From the human T2T-CHM13v2.0 reference genome, Homo sapiens, in NCBI RefSeq assembly GCF_009914755.1, contig NC_060925.1: DNA of 64,000 nt; one strand, given 5' to 3'. A program made the translations under genes and the position numbers. The stretch's first letter is position 1. Every line of letters begins with the position of its first letter. The notes below the pieces were generated by a model, which had not been told where the DNA came from, did no database searches, and saw nothing but the letters and a program-made list of their open reading frames with translations. Below, in pieces: positions 40,101 through 53,400 of the stretch.

Positions 40101-43100
40101 CTTTTATGGGAAGATTATCCTTTTTCCATCGAAATCTTCAAAGAGGTCCAAATATCCGCTTGCAGATTCCACCGAAAGAGTGATTCCAAACTGCTGTATC
40201 AAAAGGAATCTTCAGCTCCGTGAGTTGAATGCAATCAATCCAAAGAAGTTTCTGACAATGCTTCTCTCTAGATTTTATGTGAAGATATCAGGCCTGAAAG
40301 CGCTCCAAATGTCCACTTGCAGACTCTACGAAAGGAATGTTTCAAAACTGCTCTCTGAAAAGCAATGTTAAACTCTGGGAGTTGAACACAAGCCTCACAA
40401 AGAAGTTTCTGAGAATGCTTCGGTTTACTTTTTATGTGAAGATATTCCCGTTTCCAAAGAAATCTTCACAGAGGTCCACATATCCACTTGCGGATTCTAC
40501 AAAAAGAGAGTTTCAAAACTGCTCTATCAAAAGGAATGTTCAACTCTGTGAGTTGCATGCAATCATCACAGAGAAGTTTCTGAGAAGGCTTCTGTCTAGA
40601 TTTTATGTGAAGATATACCCGTTTCGAACGAAGGCCACAAAGTGCTCCAAATATCCACTTGCAGATCCTTCAAAAAGAGTGTTTCAAAAGTGAACTATCA
40701 AAGGAAGGTTCAACTCTGGGCTTTGAATGCAAACATCACAAAGAAGTTTCTGCGAAAGCTTCTGTTTAGTTAGGTGACGTTATCCCGTTTCCAACGAAAT
40801 CCTCAGAGAGGTCCAAATATCCACTTGCAGATTCTACAAAAAGTGTGTTTCAAAACTGCTCCATCCAAAGGCATGTTGTGCTCTGTGAGTTAAATTCAAT
40901 CATCAGAAAGAATTTTCTAAGAATGCTTCTGTCCAGTTTTTAGATGAAGCTATTTCCTTTACTACCGTAGGACTCCAAGTGGTCCAAATCTCCACTTGCA
41001 GATTCTACAAAAAGAGAGTTTCAACCTGAACTCACAAGAGAAGGTTCAAACCTGTGAGTTGAATGACAACATCACAAAGAAGTTTCTGAGAATGCTTCTG
41101 TCTTGTTTTACGATGAAGTTATTTCCCTTACTACGATAGGCCTCAAAGAGGTCCAAATCTCCACTTGCAGATTCTACAGAAAGTGTGTTTCAAACCTGAA
41201 CTATCAGAGCAATGTTCAACACTGTGAGTTGAATGCAAACATCAGGAAAAAGGTTCTGAGAATGCTTCTGTTTAGATAAGAGAGGTTTATCCCGTTTCCA
41301 ACGAAATCCTCAGAGAGGTCCAAATATCCACTTGCAGATTCTACAAAAAGTGTGTTTCGAAACTGCTCCATCCAAAGGAATGTTCAGCAAGGTGAGTTGA
41401 ACTTAATGGTCACAAAGTGTTTCCTGAGAATGCTACTGTCTTGTTTTTATATGTAGTTATTTCCTCTGCTGCCGTAGGCCAGAAAGCGGTCCCAATCTCC
41501 CCTTTCAGATTCTACCAAAAGTGTGTTTGCAAACGGCTCTATCAAACGGAATGTTCAACTCTGTGACTTGAATGCAATCATCACAAAGTAGGTTCTGAGA
41601 ATTCTTCCATCTAGCTTTTATGAAAAGATATTTCCTTTTCGACCACATGCCTCGAAGCCCTCCAAATGTCCACTTGCAGATTCTAGAAAGAGAGGGTTTC
41701 AAAGCTGCTCTATCAAAAGGAAAGTACAACTCTGTGAGTTGAATGCAAACATCACAAAGAAGTTTCTGAGAATGCTTTCGTTTAGCTTTTCGGAAGATTA
41801 TCCCTTTTCCATCGAAATCTTCAAAGAGGTCCAAATATCCGCCTGCAGATTCCACCGAAAGAGTGTTTCCAAACTGCTGTATCAAAAGGAATCTTCAACT
41901 CCGTGAGTTGAATGCAATCATCACAAAGAAGTTTCTGACAATGCTTCTCTCTAGTTTTTATGTGATGATATTTCCTTTGCCACAACAGGCCTGAAAGCGC
42001 TCTAAATGTCCACTTGCAGACATTACAAAAAGAATGTTTCAAAACTGCTCTATGAAGAGCAATGTTAAACTCTGGGAGTTGAACACAAGCCTCACAAAGA
42101 AGTTTCTGAGAATGCTTCTGTTTACTTTTTATGTGAAGATATTCTTGTTTCCAAGGAAATCTTCACAGAGGTCCACATATCCACTTGCAGATTCTACACA
42201 AAGAGAGTTTCAAAACTGTTCTATCAAAAGGAATGTTCAACACTGTGAGTTGCATGCAATCATCACAGAGAAGTTTCTGAGAAGGCTTCTGTCTAGATTT
42301 TATGTGAAGATATAACCGTTTCGAATGAAGGCCACAAAGGGCTCCAAATATCCACTTGCAGATCCTGCAAAAAGAGTGTTTCAAACGTGAACTATCAAAG
42401 GAAGGTTCAACTCTGGGCTTTGAATGCAAACATCACAAAGTAGTTTCTGCGAAACCTTCTGTTTAGTTAGGGGACGTTATCCCGTTTCCAACGAAATCCT
42501 CAGAGAGGTCCAAATATCCATTTGCAGATTCTACAAAAAGTGTGTTTCAAAACTGCTCCATCCAAAGGAATGTTCAGCTCTGTGAGTTGAACTCAATCGT
42601 CACAAAGTGTTTCCTGGGAATGCTACTGTCTAGTTTTTATATGTAGTTATTTCCTCTATGGCCATACGCCTCAAACGGTCCAAATCTCCCCTTGCAGATT
42701 CTACCAAAAGTGTGTTTCCAAACGGCTCTATCAAACGGAGTGTTCAACTCTGTGACGTGAATGCAATCATCACAATGTAGTTTCTGAGAATGCTTCCATC
42801 TAGCTTTTATGGGAAGATATTTCCTTTTCCACCACAGGCCGCGAAGCCCTCCAAATGTCCACTTGCAGGTTCTAGAAAGAGAGGGTTTCAAAGCGGCTCT
42901 ATCTAAAGGAAAGTACAACTCTGTGAGTTGAATGCAAACATCACAAAGAAGTTTCTGAGAATGTTTCCGTTTAGCTTTTATGGGAAGATTATCCCTTTTC
43001 CATCGAAATCTTCAAAGAGGTCCAAATATCAGCTTGCAGATTCCACCGAAAGAGTGATTCCAAACTGCTGTATCAAAACGAATGTTCAACTCAGTGAGGT

Positions 43101-45534
43101 GAATGCAATCATCACAAAGAAGTTTCTGACAATGCTTCTCTCTAGTTTTTATGTGAAGATATTTCCTTTTCCACCGCAGGCCTGAAAGCGCTCAAAATGT
43201 CCACTTGCAGACCCTACGAAAGGAATGTTTCAAAACTGCTCTATGAAAAGCAATGTTATACTCTGGGAGTTGAACACAAGCCTCACAAAGGAGTTTCTGA
43301 AAATGCTTCTGTTTATTTTACGTGAAGATATTCCCGTTTGCAAAGAAGTCTTCACAGAGTTCCACCTATCCATTTGCAGATGCTAGAAAAAGAGAGTTTC
43401 AAAACTGCTCTATCAAAAGGACTGTTCAACTCTGTGAGTTGAATGCAATCATCACAGAGAAGTTTCTGAGAAGGCTTCTGTCTAGATTTTATGTGAAGAT
43501 ATACCCGTTTCGAACGAAGACCACAAAGTGCTCCAAATATCCACTTGCAGGTCCTCCAACAAGAGTGTTTCAAACGTGAACTATCAAAGGAAGGTTCAAC
43601 TCTGGACTTTGAATGCAAACGTCAGAAAGATGTTTCTGCGAAAGCTTCTGTTTAGTTAGGTGACGTTATCCCGTTTCCAAAGAAATCCTCAGAGAGGTCC
43701 AAATATCCACCTGCAGAGTCTACAAAAAGTGTGTTTCAAAACTGCTCCACCCAAAGGAATGCTCAGCTCTGTGAGTTAAACTCAATCATCCCAAAGTATT
43801 TTCTGAGAATGCTTCTGTCCAGTTTTTACATGAAGCTGTTTCCTTTACTACCGTAATCCTCAAAGCATTCCAAATCTCCACTTGCAGATACTACGAAAAG
43901 AGCGATTCAACCTGAACTCACAAGGGAAGGTTCAACTCTGTCAGTTGAATACCAACATCACAAAGAAGTTCTGAGAATGCTTCTCTTCAGTTATGTGAGG
44001 TTTATACCGTTTCCAACGAAATTCTCAGAGATGTCCAAATATCCACTTGCATAATCTACAAAAAGTGTGTTTTGAAAATGCTCCATCAAAAGATATGCTC
44101 AGCTCTGTGAGTTAAACTCAATCATCACAAAGAATTTTCTGAGAATGCTTCTGTCTAGTTTTTAGATGAAGTTCTCTCCTTTACTACGATAGGCCTCAAA
44201 GTGGTCCAAATCTCCACTTGCAGATTCTGCAGAAGGAGTGTTTCAAACCTGAACTATGAGAGAAAGGTTCAACACTGTGAGTTGAATGCAAGCATCACGA
44301 AGGAGGTTCTGAGAATGCTTCTGTTTAGATAGGTGAGTTTTCTACCTTATCCAATGAAATCCTCAGAGAGGTCCAAATATCCACTTGCAGATTCTACAAA
44401 AAGTGTGTTTTGAAACTGCTCCATCCAAAGGAATGTTCAGCTCTGTGAGTTGATCTCAATCGTCACAAAGTGTTTCCTGGGAATGCTACTGTCTAGTTTT
44501 TATGTGCAGTTATATCCTCTACTGCCATAGGCCTCACAGCGGTCCAAATCTCCCCTTTCAGATTCTACCAAAAGTGTGTTTCCAAATGGCTCTATCAAAG
44601 GGAATGTTCAACTCTGTGACTTGAATGCAATCATCACAAAGCAGTTTCTGAGAATGCTTCCATGTAGCTTTTATGAGAAGATATTTCCTTTTCCACCCCA
44701 GGCCTCGAAGCCCTCCAAATGTCCCCTTGCAGATGCCAGAAAGAGAGGGTTTCAAAGCTGCTCTATCAAAAGGAAAGTACAACTCTGTGAGTTGAATGCA
44801 AACATCAAAAAGAAGTTCCTGAACATGCTTCCGTTTAGCTTTTATGGAAAGATTATCCCTTTTCCATCGAAATGTTCAAAGAGGTCCGCATATCCGCTTG
44901 CAGATTCCACCGAAAGTGTGTTTCCAAACTGCTGTATCAAAAGGAATCCTCAACTCCGTGAGTTCCATGCAATCATCACAAAGAAGTTTCTGACAATGCT
45001 TCTCTCTAGTTTTTATGTGAAGATATTTCCTTTTCCACCACAGGCCTGAAAGCGCTCCAAATGTCCACTTGGAGAATCTACGAAAAGAATGTTTCAAAAC
45101 TGCTCTATGAAAAGCAATGTTATACTCTGGGAGTTGAACACAAGCCTCCCAAAGTAGTTTCCGAGAAGGCTTCTGTTTACATTTTACGTGAGGATATTCC
45201 CGTTTCCAAAGAAATCTTCACAGAGTTCCACGTATCCATTTGCAGATGCTAGAAAAAGAGAGTTTCAAAACTGCTCTGTCAAAAGAAATGTTCAAATCTG
45301 TGAGTTGAATGCAATCATCACAGAGAAGTTTCTGAGAAGGCTTCTGTCTAGATTTTATGTGAAGATATACCTGTTTCGAACGAAGGCCACAAAGTGCTCC
45401 AAATGTCCACTTGCAGGTCCTCCAAAAAGAGTGTTTCAAACGTGAACTATCAAAGGAAGGTTCAACTCTGGACTTTGAATGCAAACGTCAGAAAGATGTT
45501 TCTGCGAAAGCTTCTGTTTAGTTAGGTGACGTTA

Positions 45535-45551
45535 TCCCGTTTCCAACGAAA
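45535..45551 (-). promoter_or_regulatory. Representative intact CENP-B box (monomer A)
   Basis: TCCCGTTTCCAACGAAA is the reverse complement of TTTCGTTGGAAACGGGA, which matches the core TTCGNNNNANNCGGG. Confidence 0.93.
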
Positions 45552-47404
45552 TCCTCAGAGAGGTCCAAATATCCACCTGCAGAGTCTACAAAAAGTGTGT
45601 TTCAAAACTGCTCCACCCAAAGGAATGTTCAGCTCTGTGAGTTAAACACAATCATCACAAAGTATTTTCTGAGAATGCTTCTGTCCAGTTTTTACATGAA
45701 GCTGTTTCCTTTACTACCGTAGGCCTCAAAGCGTTCCAAATCTCCACTTGCAGATACTACGAAAAGAGCGATTCAGCCTGAACTCACAAGGGAAGGTTCA
45801 ATTCTGTCATTTGAATGCCAACATTACAAAGAAGTTCTGAGAATGTTTCTCCTCACCTATGTGAGGTTTATCCCGTTTCCCACGAAATTCTCAGAGAAGT
45901 CCAAATATCCACTTGGATATTCTACAAAAAGTGTGTTTTGAAAATGCTCCATCAAAAGATATGCTCAGCTCTGTGAGTTAAACCCAATCATCACAAAGAA
46001 TTTTCTGAGAATGCTTCTGTCTTGTTTTTAGATGAAGTTCTTTCATTTACTACGATAGGCCTCAAAGAGGTCCAAATCTCCACTTGCAGATTCTGCAGAA
46101 GGAGTGTTTAAAACCTGAACTATCAGAGAAAGGTTCAACACTGTGAGTTGAATGCAAGCATCAGGAAGAAGGTTCTGAGAATGCTTCTGTTTACATACGT
46201 GAGTTTTCTCCCGTATCCATCAAAAGATATGCTCAGCTCTGTGAGTTAAACTCAATCATCACAAAGAATTTTCTGAGAATGCTTCTGTCTTGTTTTTAGA
46301 TGAAGTTCTTTCCTTTACTACGATAGGCCTCAAAGAGGTCCAAATCTCCACTTGCAGATTCTGCAGAAGGAGTGTTTCAAACCTGAACTATCAGAGAAAG
46401 GTTCAACACTGTGAGTTGAATGCAAGCATCACGAAGAAGGTTCTGAGAATGCTTCTGTTTACATAGGTGAGTTTTCTCCCGTATCCAATGAAATCCTCAG
46501 AGCGGTCCAAATCTCCACTTGCAGATTCTACAAAAAGTGTGTTTTGAAACTGCTCCATCCAAAGGAATGTTCAGCTCTGTGAATTGAACTCAATCGTCAC
46601 AAAGTGTTTCCTGGGAATGCTCCTGTCTCCTTTTTATGTGCAGTTATATCCTCTACTGCCATAGGCCTCAAAGCGGTCCAAATCTCCCCTTTCAGATTCT
46701 ACCAAAAGTGTGTTTCCAAACGGCTCCATCAAAGGGAATGTTCAACTCGGTGACTTGAATGCAATCATCACAAACCAGTTTCTGAGAATGCTTCCATGTA
46801 GCTTTGATGAGAAGATATTTCCTTTTCCACCCCAGGCCTCGAAGCCCTCCAAATGTCCCCTTGCAGATGCTAGAAAGAGAGGGTTTCAAAGCTGCTCTAT
46901 CAAAAGGAAAGTACAACTCTGTGAGTTGAATGCAAACTTCACAAAGAAGTTCCTGAGCATGCTTCCGTTTAGCTTTTATGGGAAGATTATCCATTTTCCA
47001 TCGAAATGTTCAAAGAGGTCCACATATCCGCTTGCAGATTCCACCGAAAGAGTGTTTCCAAACTGCTGTATCAAAAGGAATCCTCAACTCCGTGAGTTGA
47101 ATGCAATCATCACCAAGAAGTTTCTGACAATGCTTCTCTCTAGTTTTTATGTGAAGATATTTCCTATTCCACCACAGGCCTGAAAGCCCTCCAAATGTCC
47201 ACTTGGAGGCTCTACGAAAAGAAAGTTTCAAAACTGCTCTATGAAAAGCAATGTTATACTCTGGGAGTTGAACACAAGCCTCACAAAGGAGTTTCTGAGA
47301 ATGCTTCTGTTTACTTTTTACGTGAGGATATTCCCGTTTCCAAAGAAATCTTCACAGAGTTCTACCTATCCATTTGCAGATGCTAGAAAAAGAGAGTTTC
47401 AAAA

Positions 47405-50400
47405 CTGCTCTATCAAAAGGAATGTTCAACTCTGTGAGTTGCATGCAATCATCACAGAGAAGTTTCTGAGAAGGCTTCTGTCTAGATTTTATGTGAAGAT
47501 ATAGCCGTTTCGAACGAAGGCCACAAAGTGCTCCAAATATCCACTTGCAGGTCCTCCAAAAAGAGTGTTTCAAACGTGAACTACCAAAGGAAGGCTCCAC
47601 TCTGGACTTTGAATGCAAACGTCAGAAAGATTTTTCTGCGAAAGCTTCTGTTTAGTTAGGTGACGTTATCCCGTTTCCAACGAAATCCTCAGAGAGGTCC
47701 AAATATCCACCTGCAGAGTCTACAAAAAGTGTGTTTCAAAACTGCTCCACCAAAAGGAATGTTCAGCTCTGTGAGTTAAACTCAATCATCCCAAAGTATT
47801 TTCTGAGAATTCTTCTGTCCAGTTTTTACATGAAGCTGTTTCCTTTACTACCGTAGGCCTCAAAGCGTTCCAAATCTCCACTTGCAGATACTACGAAAAG
47901 AGCGATTCAACCTGAACTCACAAGGGAAGGTTCAACTCTATCAGTTGAATGCCAACATCACAAAGAAGTTCTGAGAATGTTTCTCTTCAGTTATGTGAGG
48001 TTTATCCCGTTTCCCACGAAATTCTCAGGGAAGTCCAAATACCCACTTGCATATTCTACAAAAAGTGTGTTTTGAAAATGCTCCATCAAAAGATATGCTC
48101 AGCTCTGTGTGTTAAACTCAATCATCACAAAGAATTTTCTGAGAATGCTTCTGTCTTGTTTTTAGATGAGGTTATATCCTTTACTACGATAGGCCTCAAA
48201 GAGGTCCAAATCTCCACTTGCAGATTCTGCAGAAGGAGTGTTTCAAACCTGAACTATCAGAGAAAGGTTGAACACTGTGAGTTGAATGCAAGCATCACGA
48301 AGAAGGTTCTGAGAATGCTTCTGTTTATATAGGTGAGTTTTCTCCCGTATCCATCAAAAGATATGCTCAGCTGTGTGAGTTAAACTCAATCATCACAAAG
48401 AATTTTCTGAGAATGCTTCTGTCTTGTTTTTAGATGAAGTTCTTTCCTTTACTACGATAGGCCTCAAAGAGGTCCAAATCTCCACTTGCAGATTCTGCAG
48501 AAGGAGTGTTTAAAACCTGAACTATCAGAGAAAGGTTCAACACTGTGAGTTGAATGCAAGCATCACGAAGAAGGTTCTGAGAATGCTTCTGTTTACATAG
48601 GTGTGTTTTCTCCCGTATCCATCAAAAGATATGCTCAGCTCTGTGAGTTAAACCCAATCATCACAAAGAATTTTCTGAGAATGCTTCTGTCTTGTTTTTA
48701 GATGAAGTTCTTTCATTTACTACGATAGGCCTCAAAGAGGTCCAAATCTCCACTTGCAGATTCTGCAGAAGGAGTGTTTAAAACCTGAACTATCAGAGAA
48801 AGGTTCAACACTGTGAGTTGAATGCAAGCATCAGGAAGAAGGTTCTGAGAATGCTTCTGTTTACATACGTGAGTTTTCTCCCGTATCCATCAAAAGATAT
48901 GCTCAGCTCTGTGAGTTAAACTCAATCATCACAAAGAATTTTCTGAGAATACTTCTGTCTTGTTTTTAGATGAAGTTCTTTCCTTTACTACGATAGGCCT
49001 CAAAGAGGTCCAAATCTCCACTTGCAGATTCTGCAGAAGGAGTGTTTCAAACCTGAACTATCAGAGAAAGGTTCAACACTGTGAGTTGAATGCAAGCATC
49101 ACGAAGAAGGTTCTGAGAATGCTTCTGTTTACATAGGTGAGTTTTCTCCCGTATCCAATGAAATCCTCAGAGCGGTCCAAATCTCCACTTGCAGATTCTA
49201 CAAAAAGTGTGTTTTGAAACTGCTCCATCCAAAGGAATGTTCAGCTCTGTGAATTGAACTCAATCGTCACAAAGTGTTTCCTGGGAATGCTCCTGTCTCC
49301 TTTTTATGTGCAGTTATATCCTCTACTGCCATAGGCCTCAAAGCGGTCCAAATCTCCCCTTTCAGATTCTACCAAAAGTGTGTTTCCAAACGGCTCCATC
49401 AAAGGGAATGTTCAACTCGGTGACTTGAATGCAATCATCACAAAGCAGTTTCTGAGAATGCTTCCATGTAGCTTTGATGAGAAGATATTTCCTTTTCCAC
49501 CCCAGGCCTCGAAGCCCTCCAAATGTCCCCTTGCAGATGCTAGAAAGAGAGGGTTTCAAAGCTGCTCTATCAAAAGGAAAGTACAACTCTGTGAGTTGAA
49601 TGCAAACTTCACAAAGAAGTTCCTGAGCATGCTTCCGTTTAGCTTTTACGGGAAGATTATCCCTTTTCCATCGAAATGTTCAAAGAGGTCCACATATCCG
49701 CTTGCAGATTCCACCGAAAGAGTGTTTCCAAACAGCTGCATCAAAAGGAATCCTCAGCTCCGTGAGTTGAATGCAATCATCACCAAGAGGTTTCTGACAA
49801 TGCTTCTCTCTAGTTTTTATGTGAAGATATTTCCTTTTCCAACACAGGCCTGAAAGCCCTCCAAATGTCCACCTGGATGCTCTACGAAAAGAATGTTTCA
49901 AAACTGCTCTATGAAAAGCAATGTTATACTCTGGGAGTTGAACACAAGCCCCACAAAGGAGTTTCTGAGAATGCTTCTGTTTACTTTTTACGTGAGGATA
50001 TTCCCGTTTCCAAAGAAGTCTTCACAGAGTTCCACCTATCCATTTGCAGATGCTAGCAAAAGAGAGTTTCAAAATTGCTCTATCAAAAGGAATGTTCAAC
50101 TCTGTGAGTTGCATGCAATCATCACAGAGAAGTTTCTGAGAAGGCTTCTGTCTAGATTTTATGTGAAGATACAGCCGTTTCGAACGAAGGCCACAAAGTG
50201 CTCCAAATATCCACTTGCAGGTCCTCCAAAAAGAGTGTTTCAAACGTGAACTACCAAAGGAAGGCTCAACTCTGGACTTTGAATGCAAACGTCAGAAAGA
50301 TTTTTCTGCGAAAGCTTCTGTTTAGTTAGGTGACGTTATCCCGTTTCCAACGAAATCGTCAGAGAGGTCCAAATATCCACCTGCAGAGTCTACAAAAAGT

Positions 50401-53400
50401 GTGTTTCAAAACTGCTCCACCAAAAGGAATGTTCAGCTCTGTGAGTTAAACTCAATCATCCCAAAGTATTTTCTGAGAATGCTTCTGTCCAGTTTTTACA
50501 TGAAGCTGTTTCCTTTACTACCGTAGGCCTCAAAGGGTTCCAAATCTCCACTTGCAGATACTACGAAAAGAGCGATTAAACCTGAACTCACAAGGGAAGG
50601 TTCAACTCTGTCAGTTGAATGCCAACATCACAAAGAAGTTCTGAGAATGTTTCTCTTCAGTTATGTGAGGTTTATCCCGTTTCCCACGAAATTCTCAGAG
50701 AAGTCCAAATATCCACTTGGATATTCTACAAAAAGTGTGTTTTCAAAATGCTCCATCAAAAGATATGCTCAGCTCTGTGTGTTAAACTCAATCATCACAA
50801 AGAATTTTCTGAGAATGCTTCTGTCTTGTTTTTAGATGAGGTTATATCCTTTACTACGATAGGCCTCAAAGAGGTCCAAATCTCCACTTGCAGATTCTGC
50901 AGAAGGAGTGTTTAAAACCTGAACTATCAGAGAAAGGTTGAACACTGTGAGTTGAATGCAAGCATCACGAAGAAGGTTCTGAGAATGCTTCTGTTTATAT
51001 AGGTGAGTTTTCTCCCGTATCCATCAAAAGATATGCTCAGCTGTGTGAGTTAAACTCAATCATCACAAAGAATTTTCTGAGAATGCTTCTGTCTTGTTTT
51101 TAGATGAAGTTCTTTCCTTTACTACGATAGGCCTCAAAGAGGTCCAAATCTCCACTTGCAGATTCTGCAGAAGGAGTGTTTAAAACCTGAACTATCAGAG
51201 AAAGGTTCAACACTGTGAGTTGAATGCAAGCATCACGAAGAAGGTTCTGAGAATGCTTCTGTTTACGTAGGTGAGTTTTCTCCCGTATCCAATGAAATCC
51301 TCAGAGCGGTCCAAATCTCCACTTGCAGATTCTACAAAAAGTGTGTTTTGAAACTGCTCCATCCAAAGGAATGTTCAGCTCTGTGAATTGAACTCAATCG
51401 TCACAAAGTGTTTCTGGGAATGCTCCTGTCTCCTTTTTATGTGCAGTTATATCCTCTACTGCCATAGGCCTCAAAGCGGTCCAAATCTCCCCTTTCAGAT
51501 TCTACCAAAAGTGTGTTTCCAAACGGCTCCATCAAAGGGAATGTTCAACTCGGTGACTTGAATGCAATCATCACAAACCAGTTTCTGAGAATGCTTCCAT
51601 GTAGCTTTGATGAGAAGATATTTCCTTTTCCACCCCAGGCCTCGAAGCCCTCCAAATGTCCCCTTGCAGATGCTAGAAAGAGAGGGTTTCAAAGCTGCTC
51701 TATCAAAAGGAATGTTCAACTCTGTGAGTTGCATGCAATCATCACAGAGAAGTTTCTGAGAAGGCTTCTGTCTAGATTTTATGTGAAGATATAGCCGTTT
51801 CGAACGAAGGCCACAAAGTGCTCCAAATATCCACTTGCAGGTCCTCCAAAAAGAGTGTTTCAAACGTGAACTACCAAAGGAAGGCTCCACTCTGGACTTT
51901 GAATGCAAACGTCAGAAAGATTTTTCTGCGAAAGCTTCTGTTTAGTTAGGTGACGTTATCCCGTTTCCAACGAAATACTCAGAGAGGTCCAAATATCCAC
52001 CTGCAGAGTCTACAAAAAGTGTGTTTCAAAACTGCTCCACCAAAAGGAATGTTCAGCTCTGTGAGTTAAACTCAATCATCCCAAAGTATTTTCTGAGAAT
52101 TCTTCTGTCCAGTTTTTACATGAAGCTGTTTCCTTTACTACCGTAGGCCTCAAAGCGTTCCAAATCTCCACTTGCAGATACTACGAAAAGAGCGATTCAA
52201 CCTGAACTCACAAGGGAAGGTTCAACTCTATCAGTTGAATGCCAACATCACAAAGAAGTTCTGAGAATGTTTCTCTTCAGTTATGTGAGGTTTATCCCGT
52301 TTCCCACGAAATTCTCAGGGAAGTCCAAATATCCACTTGCATATTCTACAAAAAGTGTGTTTTGAAAATGCTCCATCAAAAGATATGCTCAGCTCTGTGT
52401 GTTAAACTCAATCATCACAAAGAATTTTCTGAGAATGCTTCTGTCTTGTTTTTAGATGAGGTTATATCCTTTACTACGATAGGCCTCAAAGAGGTCCAAA
52501 TCTCCACTTGCAGATTCTGCAGAAGGAGTGTTTAAAACCTGAACTATCAGAGAAAGGTTGAACACTGTGAGTTGAATGCAAGCATCACGAAGAAGGTTCT
52601 GAGAATGCTTCTGTTTATATAGGTGAGTTTTCTCCCGTATCCATCAAAAGATATGCTCAGCTGTGTGAGTTAAACTCAATCATCACAAAGAATTTTCTGA
52701 GAATGCTTCTGTCTTGTTTTTAGATGAAGTTCTTTCCTTTACTACGATAGGCCTCAAAGAGGTCCAAATCTCCACTTGTAGATTCTGCAGAAGGAGTGTT
52801 TAAAACCTGAACTATCAGAGAAAGGTTCAACACTGTGAGTTGAATGCAAGCATCACGAAGAAGGTTCTGAGAATGCTTCTGTTTACATAGGTGTGTTTTC
52901 TCCCGTATCCATCAAAAGATATGCTCAGCTCTGTGAGTTAAACCCAATCATCACAAAGAATTTTCTGAGAATGCTTCTGTCTTGTTTTTAGATGAAGTTC
53001 TTTCATTTACTACGATAGGCCTCAAAGAGGTCCAAATCTCGACTTGCAGATTCTGCAGAAGGAGTGTTTAAAACCTGAACTATCAGAGAAAGGTTCAACA
53101 CTGTGAGTTGAATGCAAGCATCAGGAAGAAGGTTCTGAGAATGCTTCTGTTTACATACGTGAGTTTTCTCCCGTATCCATCAAAAGATATGCTCAGCTCT
53201 GTGAGTTAAACTCAATCATCACAAAGAATTTTCTGAGAATACTTCTGTCTTGTTTTTAGATGAAGTTCTTTCCTTTACTACGATAGGCCTCAAAGAGGTC
53301 CAAATCTCCACTTGCAGATTCTGCAGAAGGAGTGTTTCAAACCTGAACTATCAGAGAAAGGTTCAACACTGTGAGTTGAATGCAAGCATCACGAAGAAGG

